Under the pieces are notes generated by a model. It was given only the letters and a program-made list of their open reading frames with translations, had not been told where the DNA came from and did not search any database. A program made the translations under genes and the position numbers. Positions 19,236 to 27,530 of a DNA stretch of 31,195 nt are shown in pieces. Origin of the DNA: an uncultured Chroococcidiopsis sp. (GTDB taxonomy: Bacteria > Cyanobacteriota > Cyanobacteriia > Cyanobacteriales > Chroococcidiopsidaceae); NCBI GenBank assembly GCA_964248365.1, contig CAXTYC010000049.1:1-31195 (forward strand), given 5' to 3'. How positions within the stretch are numbered: position 1 is the first letter of the stretch; every line of letters begins with the position of its first letter.

Positions 19236-20503
19236 AAGACTTTCTCCGATTAGCTGAAAAAGGGTTCATCGTTTTTGCTCTGCTATATTTCACAGGAGCT
19301 TTCAACTTTTTAGGTGGAGGTTTGCAGCCTCCACCAGAAACAACAAACTCTATACCAGCAGCAGCAGGAGATGAAAGTAGTCCCCTATTGCTTGCCTTGC
19401 GATCTGGCGTTCTTTTATTCACCTTCTTTTTAGTTTATATTCGATGGCAAAAAGTTGTTTATGTTGCTAGCAGAAGAAAGTTTTTATGGGCTTTTGTTGG
19501 GTTGCTTATGGCTTCAACGCTATGGTCTGCTGTACCGAACTTAACCTTGCGCCGGAGCATAGTTGTACTGGGTGCAACCTTCTTTGGGCTGTACCTATCT
19601 GCGCGATACAGCTTAAGAGAGCAAATGCGTTTACTTGCCTGGGCAATGGGCATCGCAATATTGCTCAATGTTGTTTTTATGCTGGCGTTCCCCTCCTTGG
19701 CAAAAGAAGCGGCTGGGCTGTATGAAGGAACTTGGCGGGGGATTTTTGCCCAAAAGAATGTCCTAGCTCGGATCATGCTTGTGAGCGCACTGAACTTTTT
19801 ACTTGTTGCCTTAGACACTCGCAGGTATCGTTACTTGCTATGGATTGGTTTTGGGATGTCAATTATGCTGCTGTTGTTAGCTAACTCGAAAACTGCGTTA
19901 GCAGCTTTCTTGGTAATAGTAACCCTTATACCATTATTTAGGGCATTGCGGTGGAATTACAATGTAGCTGTACCCTTCTTTACGATCCTTTTATTAGTTA
20001 TCGGCAGTATAGCTATCTTGCTAATAGGTAATACCGAAGCCATTTTCAATGCTCTAGGGCGAGATATTACCCTCACTGGTCGTACAGGGATTTGGGCGAT
20101 CGTGCTTGATAAGATAATTCAACATCCTTGGTTGGGTTATGGATTTGAGGGATTCTGGTTAGGTATGGAGGGAGAATCTGCTGACATTTGGTATGAAACC
20201 TATTTTATGGCACCCAACGCTCATAATGGTTTCTTGGATTTAGCGCTCCAATTAGGTTTTATAGGACTGCTATTTTTTATGCTGAGCTTTCTGCAAAGTT
20301 GTTTACGAGCAGTCACTTGGTTACGCTTAAATAAAACAACAGAAGGACTTTGGGCAATTGTATATCTAACTTTTCTATTATTGTGCAACATTACTGAGAG
20401 TGTGTTCTTAGAGCCAAATTATATTTATTTTGTTTTATATGTAGCAATAACTAGTACAATACTTGTTCAGCCGCTCAAAATAAGTGGAATCAAGGTTGTT
20501 TGA
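19232..20503 (+). CDS. O-antigen ligase / Wzy-like polysaccharide polymerase (ExoQ-like)
   Basis: WRGIFAQKNVL, SKTA, GRDITLTGRTGIW, PWLGYG, AHNGFLDLALQLGFIG; many TM helices. Confidence 0.88.
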   Translation: MKDFLRLAEKGFIVFALLYFTGAFNFLGGGLQPPPETTNSIPAAAGDESSPLLLALRSGVLLFTFFLVYIRWQKVVYVASRRKFLWAFVGLLMASTLWSAVPNLTLRRSIVVLGATFFGLYLSARYSLREQMRLLAWAMGIAILLNVVFMLAFPSLAKEAAGLYEGTWRGIFAQKNVLARIMLVSALNFLLVALDTRRYRYLLWIGFGMSIMLLLLANSKTALAAFLVIVTLIPLFRALRWNYNVAVPFFTILLLVIGSIAILLIGNTEAIFNALGRDITLTGRTGIWAIVLDKIIQHPWLGYGFEGFWLGMEGESADIWYETYFMAPNAHNGFLDLALQLGFIGLLFFMLSFLQSCLRAVTWLRLNKTTEGLWAIVYLTFLLLCNITESVFLEPNYIYFVLYVAITSTILVQPLKISGIKVV

Positions 20504-20845
20504 CATCGCAAAAGAAGGAATAGATAAAATTAAACTAATACAACATCGATACTATTGTACCAATTTTTACAGGCATTAATTGTTAATTTTTAGAGATATT
20601 AATTTTTTAAAAAGTAATCATATTATATTAATTAATCAAAATTTACTTTTGATATTTCTTATGCAATGTATTGAGATTACACTAATGAGCCTGATTAAAA
20701 ATAATTGGTCATATGTGATACCTTTGAATAGTATTAAAGAATTTGCGGTTTAATTATACTGCGATCGCTTTTCTGTTTTCTTCGTATTGCAGATGTCATC
20801 GCAAACTCTGCTCGCTCAAATGCTCTCCCCTTTAAGGAAAACTAG

Positions 20846-21946
20846 ATGGTAGACAGTCGTTTAGCAATTTTCGTTCACAGTCTCTATGGTGGTGGAGCTG
20901 AGAAAGCAATGTTTAACTTGGCTTGTGGTTTTTCTCGGCTTGGTATAGACGTAGATTTAGTTTTGCTTAGGGTAGAAGGACCCTACTTATCTCAAGTACC
21001 GCCAGAAGTGCGAGTGATCGACCTAGGGGGACGGCGACTATTATTTAGCTTAAATGCTCTAATACGCTACCTGCGACAGGAGCAGCCAACAGTTCTACTC
21101 TCTACCCTAGATGACACTAACATTGCTGCTCTTTGGACTCAGCGTCTAAGCGGCAAAGATTTCAGAGTAGTCGTAAATGTGCAAAATACAATTTCACAAG
21201 ATGCCAAAAATGCGACGCAGCTCAAATGGAAGTTAATGCCTCAGCTAGTACGTTGGTTCTTACCCTGGGCTGATGCAATTGTTACAGTGTCGCAAGGGGT
21301 GGCTGACGATCTTGTGCAGATTGGCTTGCCTTCAGAAAACATCCAAGTTATCCATAATCCAATTGTTACTCCCGAACTTTTTCAGAAAGCCGAGGCAGAG
21401 CTTGAGCATCCTTGGTTTGCGGCTGGGCAACCTCCTGTGATTTTGAGTGTGGGACGACTGGAAAAGCAAAAGGATTTTCCCACTCTAATCCACGCTTTTG
21501 CTCAAGTGCGGCGGCAGCATCCAGTTCGGCTGATAATCTTAGGCGAGGGGAATGAGCGATCGCACCTAGAAGCACTAGTGAAGGAATTACACTTAACAGA
21601 AGATGTGAGCTTACCAGGTTTTGTTGCCAACCCTTATGCTTATATGTCTCGAGCATCAGTATTCGTACTATCCTCCTTATTTGAAGGACTGCCCACAGTA
21701 CTCATTGAGGCTATAGCTGTAGGAACCCCAGTAGTTTCTACTAACTGTAAGAGTGGACCTGCTGAAATCTTAGCAGATGGACGATATGGCAAGCTAGTCT
21801 CTGTAGGAAATATTCAAGATATGGCAAAAGCAATTATTGAAACATTAGAAATGGTTCCTGACAGGAAATCTTTACAGCAAAGGGCAGCGGATTTTTCGCT
21901 AGAGAAAGCTTTAATTCAGTATCAGCAAGTATTACAAATTAACTAA
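20846..21946 (+). CDS. Glycosyltransferase family 4
   Basis: GGGAEK, SVGRLEKQKDF, SSLFEGLPTVLIEA, CKSGPAEIL; AAGGA upstream. Confidence 0.93.
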   Translation: MVDSRLAIFVHSLYGGGAEKAMFNLACGFSRLGIDVDLVLLRVEGPYLSQVPPEVRVIDLGGRRLLFSLNALIRYLRQEQPTVLLSTLDDTNIAALWTQRLSGKDFRVVVNVQNTISQDAKNATQLKWKLMPQLVRWFLPWADAIVTVSQGVADDLVQIGLPSENIQVIHNPIVTPELFQKAEAELEHPWFAAGQPPVILSVGRLEKQKDFPTLIHAFAQVRRQHPVRLIILGEGNERSHLEALVKELHLTEDVSLPGFVANPYAYMSRASVFVLSSLFEGLPTVLIEAIAVGTPVVSTNCKSGPAEILADGRYGKLVSVGNIQDMAKAIIETLEMVPDRKSLQQRAADFSLEKALIQYQQVLQIN

Positions 21947-22044
21947 CATCAATCTGTTCGTTATAGCCTGTGTTATGGATATGGTTACTTTTTGGTTAAA
22001 AATATCTAATTAATCCTCACTAACTCAATCAAAAAAAGACATTT

Positions 22045-23022
22045 ATGGTCAAGCAAGATGCTCAACCAGTAGATAATGAGCAAAGCTTTCAGTATACATT
22101 TACAGTTTTTACTCCTACCTATAATAGAGAGCATACGCTACATCGCGTATATAACAGCCTTAAGGTGCAAACCTATCGCAACTTTGAATGGTTGATTGTC
22201 GATGATGGTTCAACTGACAATACACATAATTTAGTAAAACAATGGCAAGCAGAAGCTGATTTTCCCATTCGCTATATTTACCAAAATAATAATGGTAAAC
22301 ATACCGCCTATAACCTAGCTGCTAGAGAAGCTGGGGGTAAATTTCTAATCTGTTTAGATTCTGATGATGGCTGTATTGCCGAAGCTTTGGCACGTTTCAA
22401 ATATCATTGGGGTACTATTCCTGAACATGAACAAAATAAATTTTCTGGGATAGATTGCTTATGCCAAAATCCAAACGGAAATTTGATTGGCAGCTACTAT
22501 CCTTTGAATTCTATAGATTCTAATTATTCAGAAATCCGTTATCGCTATAAAGTGATTGGGGAGAAATGGGGTTTTCAACGTACTGTTGTGATGCGAGAAT
22601 TCCCCTTTCCAGAGACACCATCTGACAGATCGATCAAACATATTCCCGAAAATGTTGTGTGGTCTAGCTTAACCAAAAAATATAAAGCCAGATATGTAAA
22701 TGAATGTTTACGAATATATTATCCTGATAGTGGAACGCAGCAGTTGACCAAATCTACTTTAGCTGATAAAAATTCTTTCGGTTTATATCTAATGTCTAAA
22801 AGTATTTTAGAAGTAGATATAGATTATTTTCAATTTTGCCCACAAGCTTTTATCCGTCCTGCTATTAACTATAGCCGCTCTTGTTTTCATTTAAAAACGG
22901 ATATCAAACAGCAGTTTATCAATCTTAATTCATGGCGAGGTAGATTGTTGTGGTTAATAACACTACCTTTAGGGTACTTAGTTTGGTTAAGGGATCAATT
23001 TAAAAAATCCAAAAGTTTATAG
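22045..23022 (+). CDS. Glycosyltransferase family 2
   Basis: FTVFTPTYNR, WLIVDDGSTD, NNGKHTA, LDSDD. Confidence 0.93.
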   Translation: MVKQDAQPVDNEQSFQYTFTVFTPTYNREHTLHRVYNSLKVQTYRNFEWLIVDDGSTDNTHNLVKQWQAEADFPIRYIYQNNNGKHTAYNLAAREAGGKFLICLDSDDGCIAEALARFKYHWGTIPEHEQNKFSGIDCLCQNPNGNLIGSYYPLNSIDSNYSEIRYRYKVIGEKWGFQRTVVMREFPFPETPSDRSIKHIPENVVWSSLTKKYKARYVNECLRIYYPDSGTQQLTKSTLADKNSFGLYLMSKSILEVDIDYFQFCPQAFIRPAINYSRSCFHLKTDIKQQFINLNSWRGRLLWLITLPLGYLVWLRDQFKKSKSL

Positions 23023-23199
23023 CTCTCAGCTGTGGGTGATAATAGAACCACTGGTTGCAATTGAGACGCATCCGCTCTTGTATCCAAGTATAAGTGGAGC
23101 CAGAGATGCAAAAGTAGCTCTTTGCACAGATGTCTGTTATTTGAACTCTTGCTCCCACTGATGGCGTTATTACCATTACTGGCACAAATTTAACGCTTA

Positions 23200-23290
23200 T
23201 ACCATTTGGTTTTATTGTTGCAACACTTCAATTGCCTCGCTAGCTACTGACAAGACTTTTGCAATCCGAAATCTAAAATCCAAAATGGTA
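23200..23290. mobile_element. About 91-bp MITE-like element
   Basis: Imperfect terminal IRs TACCATTTGG / CCAAAATGGTA, inner TTGCAA pair, flanked on both sides by TTA (23197-23199, 23291-23293). Confidence 0.6.
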
Positions 23291-24124
23291 TTACAACCTT
23301 TAACCAAACGCTCTGAAATGGGCATAAATGTAGCCCACCTGGGAACGCTTGCCACACTCTCGTAGGCTCTGTGGGGTTTGGTACTGGTGATTTGATGTGA
23401 ACTGACGCAAGATGTGAGTATTATTAAATTACTGATTAGTTATTTTGTTGTATGGCTATTTATTTAATATATAAGCTATTTTGAACATAAGTTAACAAGT
23501 AATTAGTTATTTTGTAATTCAACGACTTTTGTTTAGTTACAAAGTGAATTTAAAAATTAATTCATCAGTGATTAGTTATCTTGTAATTTAGCTATTTGAG
23601 TTTTAACTTCTAAATATTTTAAGCTAACATTTTTGCCTGAAGCCCTTATCAGGTAAGCTTTTTAAGCTTGTAAATACAATAGCTTTTATCCTATTTTTTG
23701 TTCCAAAAAAGTTCGTTATCACACAAAATTCAATCAAATTACTTGACATTCATGGCAGTCAAATGTTTTAGTTTGAAACGGAACATCGATAGATAAATTT
23801 ACGCTCAATCAGTTCGAGACAGAACTATCGATGAATAGTTTTCTGTTGAATCAACGACTAAGGACTCAATAAAACATGAAACAAAACCTCTGGTTTCGTC
23901 AGGGTGTCGAAAAGGTTTTGCAAACTTTTAGTGTGATGGCTTTTTTGTTTTGCCCAGTAGTTACGTTAGTTCAACCCCCTCCACTGTAGGTGGAATCTAA
24001 CGCCCCCGCAATAACTTCAATAGCTCAGACTTGTTTGCTGCATTTGGCTGAGATTTTGGACTTTTGTTGCTTTGTGCGTCGACAACTGATGGCAATTAAC
24101 TTGATAAAACAAAGAGAAATCACA

Positions 24125-24778
24125 ATGAACAAGCGTACATCACTATTCGTAGCCCTTGCCGTAACTACAGCTACTGCAATTCCAGTCATCGCTCAGACAC
24201 AAGGCAATCTTCTGCCTGCCGACCAAGTGCCAAAGGTTGTTCCTGAACAGTTTCGCCACGAGTGGCATGATACTAATCAGATACCAGACGGATGGAATGC
24301 TGCGATTCCTCTAGGAGGAGCCATTACTACTTCTGGAAGTGGCTCGATTGAATTCTCCTCGTTCGAGTTGACGTGTGATGTTCCAGGTAAGGGGAGGCAG
24401 ACGGTGGTTTCTGATGTGAAGAATATTGGTGCTGGTCAGTATCTGGTAAATCCTTGGTTTGGGAACAACGATTATCACGAAGAAGCACCACCTTCTTATA
24501 CCTCAGATGGGACAGTAATTCTCAAAGTCGTACCCAATCGAATACTACATTGGTGGACAAAGCGTGGCACAGTCCCAGCAGGTACTAAAAACTGCTCAGC
24601 CTCAGCAGTGGTTAAAGGCGGTGAAAATGTCATTGCTTATGTGGGAGGCAACTGGTGGAGATCAACTACTGCTCAGTGGGCTGGGGCGACCGTGAACAAC
24701 CGAGAAATTGGTGGCAGCGGCTGGTACAAGTTGAGCAACGGGGGATGGCAAACCATCCGTATGAATGCGCCGAAGTAA
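24125..24778 (+). CDS. Secreted hypothetical protein (217 aa), Trp-rich, probably beta-rich
   Basis: Sec-type signal peptide MNKRTSLFVALAVTTATAIPVIA-QTQ begins at ATG 24125; the upstream 45 codons of the ORF call look non-coding. Confidence 0.8.
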   Translation: MNKRTSLFVALAVTTATAIPVIAQTQGNLLPADQVPKVVPEQFRHEWHDTNQIPDGWNAAIPLGGAITTSGSGSIEFSSFELTCDVPGKGRQTVVSDVKNIGAGQYLVNPWFGNNDYHEEAPPSYTSDGTVILKVVPNRILHWWTKRGTVPAGTKNCSASAVVKGGENVIAYVGGNWWRSTTAQWAGATVNNREIGGSGWYKLSNGGWQTIRMNAPK

Positions 24779-25035
24779 AGAGCAAGACGTAAAAAATACC
24801 AAACCCTACGCGCAACGCTACAAACGTTGAGTGTGCGGTATTGTCAACACAAGTCAAGTGGAGAGGGGTAGTGTTTTAGGTAGAGATGGAAATGTAACTG
24901 ATGCACCAAAAAAAAGTTCTCGCTGGTATCTCTTGATAGACAAAGTGGTGAGATCTTAAAAGCTACAGAAGCAGCCATCTCACCAAAGGCAATTGAGAGT
25001 TTGAAAATTGCTATAATCCGCTCAAGACAACTTGA

Positions 25036-26454
25036 TTAACGTGGATTAAAGACTTGGCTACCGGAATAGCTACCTCCTCCGGCATTAGAATCAACAGAGA
25101 CGGTTTGCTGTAAGGAGTTATAGCCTGTGGATGGCTGCCAAACATCATTATTAGCAAGTCTGACGCGATATTCTGGGCGGAAATATAATCTGCTACTGGG
25201 ATCGGGTAGATTTAACAAAACCTCATACTGTCCAGTTGGTATGTTAGACGGAATACCCGCCGAGATGTTTACTTCCTTGGTTTCACCAGGCATCCATTTA
25301 CGCGCATCTTCGTTTACATTCAAGAAGTATTCTTTTCCTGTCTGACTATTACGTAGAACCACTTCTAAAAGACGGTAGTTGTAAGGACTTGCCCAGCCGT
25401 CATTTGCAACTTTAAAACTCATAGCAAAAGTGCCACTGGGTTTTACACTTTTCGGAGTAGTTGAACTGATCAGGCGGAAGCGATAGCCTAAACGTCGTTG
25501 AACTTCATTCATACAACCTTGGTCTTGCCAGCCTTTTAACACATTTGGCTCATACTCGGAGTTGATTGTACTCCAACGCATACGTGCAAACTCTTTTAAT
25601 GAGTTGGGGCAATTACTATAATCGCTCGTCTGGCAGGTTTCTCCGCCCTGTGGCAGGTACCGATTATCGAGATTTAAGTAAGCCCTTTCTTTTTCTCTAA
25701 TATTTGGGTCGTTCCAATCATAAGTATTCAAGTCAGAGTTAGATGCCACAAAGCAATCGTTATGAGCGCCAGTTCTAGCTTGGTAGCTACCATTAAATGC
25801 TTGTTCAGGAGTGAGTGGGCTGCTGCTATTAAAAATTTCCATTTTGTCACGCGGATAGCGTAACGCAACCATCCTGTCAGTCGGGAGTATAGACAGAATT
25901 TTAAACAGTATCTTTCTTCTGTCGTCAGCGTTTTCCAAGTTATTTGTGGAGTGATGCCATTCTCCCCAAGATCCCATGAATCCCGCTTCCATAAAGGAAA
26001 TCGTATCTTTATTATCTGTCAATACAGACTTCAATTGATCGAGATGAGAAACTATTCTGTCAGATGAAGCATCATTACCTTGCCACTCCCAATTATAGGC
26101 AAACCTGACAATCAATCTAATTCCAGCTTGGCGGGCTGTTTCAAAGTCTCTAGCTACAAAATCAATAAAAGATTTGGGGAGATCGCTATTTCTATATGCT
26201 GAAATAACATATATCCGACGAACCTGGGTCATATTCTTAGCTTTAAGACTTTTCATATAATCAAGATTTAAAGGAGAATCTTGATTATTTGTATAGGCAC
26301 TAACATAAAAGCCTCGGTCTGGATTATTAAACGTTTCATAACTGTTGGTATAAGATTTAGTATTGCTATTAACAGAATTATTAGCAGCAGTACATGAAGA
26401 ACTCAGAGTCGTACACAGCATTAGGGCTAGTGCCAATTTAATCCGCTTTTTCAT
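25036..26454 (-). CDS. Exported DUF4874/DUF4832-like protein, putative glycoside hydrolase
   Basis: Signal MKKRIKLALALMLCTTLSSSC; motifs NPDRGFY, LIVRFAY, AGFMGSWGEWH, HNDCF, GGETC, RRLGYRFRL, N.GWA.PY. Confidence 0.8.
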   Translation of the reverse strand: MKKRIKLALALMLCTTLSSSCTAANNSVNSNTKSYTNSYETFNNPDRGFYVSAYTNNQDSPLNLDYMKSLKAKNMTQVRRIYVISAYRNSDLPKSFIDFVARDFETARQAGIRLIVRFAYNWEWQGNDASSDRIVSHLDQLKSVLTDNKDTISFMEAGFMGSWGEWHHSTNNLENADDRRKILFKILSILPTDRMVALRYPRDKMEIFNSSSPLTPEQAFNGSYQARTGAHNDCFVASNSDLNTYDWNDPNIREKERAYLNLDNRYLPQGGETCQTSDYSNCPNSLKEFARMRWSTINSEYEPNVLKGWQDQGCMNEVQRRLGYRFRLISSTTPKSVKPSGTFAMSFKVANDGWASPYNYRLLEVVLRNSQTGKEYFLNVNEDARKWMPGETKEVNISAGIPSNIPTGQYEVLLNLPDPSSRLYFRPEYRVRLANNDVWQPSTGYNSLQQTVSVDSNAGGGSYSGSQVFNPR

Positions 26455-27499
26455 TTGTTTTGTTCCTGTAAATGGTGTATTAATTACTTTCACTATCATG
26501 TTGTGTGAAAGAGCTAAGAACTACTAGAGAACACGAATAAAAGGATTTTCCTCAAAGGAATTACTTGGCTTATTCACATTCAATGTAAGTTCATGAGCGC
26601 CTTACAAATAACAAGTTAACGTCAAAATTTTTTTGTTCCAACTGTAGTTACACTGAAAATAAAATTTAGAAGTTTTAGGGGAAATTTAGGAATAATTTCG
26701 CATTGTTTTCCTTGCATATTCCCAGAGTTTAAGAAATTATACTTACTCAATTAAGTTGCTCAAATGAGTTGATATTTTGCCTAAGTTATTTCATCTACGA
26801 GCAAGGCAATTGAGCGTTAAAAGCCCCTCCCTTGCGTAGCAGATAGGCGGCAGTGCCAAGCCCTTTCACCAGCCAAAATACGTAAGTTTTATCATTTTAG
26901 AATTGCTGTTTTAGGTGGTAGGATTACGCACTCACAACTAAGGTAAATCAAGCTTCATAGCACAAGTAGCTGTTTTAGAAGCCTTTGCCCTATTCACCCT
27001 GGCTTAGCCCACACAAATGGTTACAAAAATTAGTATAGTATTTTTAGAAAAAACTCGTAGATTTTGTAGGCAAATCTAACAGCAAGAAAGTTATAGCACT
27101 TGCCTTAATTAATAAATATAAATACTTTGACTCAACTAAGAATTGCCTGAATACCATAAGCCTCAACTTAGTTTTACGATCCGAGCCTAAAATAAATTTA
27201 ATTTACGCTAGGCTAGTAATCCAAGGGAAATTTTACTGATTTATATCAAAGGGAATTACTGATGATTGAAATGAGTTAAGTAATAATGCAAGTATAAGTT
27301 GGTAAATTCACGGTTAAATAAGTATAAGTTAATTGCTCGCACCCTAGCACCAGTACCATTAGCCCACTTTTCGCTCTATACAACTGGTTCCTACCTTGAA
27401 CGCTGCTGTAACCAGGCTCTAATGCGATCGCACTGACGTATATCTACCAATACAGTGCTGTGATACAATCGTTCAAAGTTGGCTCCCAAGTATATACCT

Positions 27500-27523
27500 G
27501 TAGGTGGGCATTGCCCACCCTAC
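27500..27523. repeat. GTAG-type REP-like palindrome just past the ppsA stop
   Basis: GTAGGTGGGCA-T-TGCCCACCCTAC hairpin. Confidence 0.75.
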
Positions 27524-27530
27524 TTGATAA

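Noticed and set aside
23990..24124. GTG start at 23990
   Set aside because: The signal peptide begins at ATG 24125; the extension is not protein-like.
24830..25038. Protein-like fragment (FSLVSLDRQSGEILKATEAAISPKAIESLK) between the convergent genes
   Set aside because: No start or recognisable family; may be chance or an unidentifiable remnant.
14548..26978. Recurrent TGTTTTAG in spacers (14561, 23764, 24872, 26907, 26971)
   Set aside because: Short AT-rich word that also occurs in coding sequence; enrichment cannot be shown without statistics.
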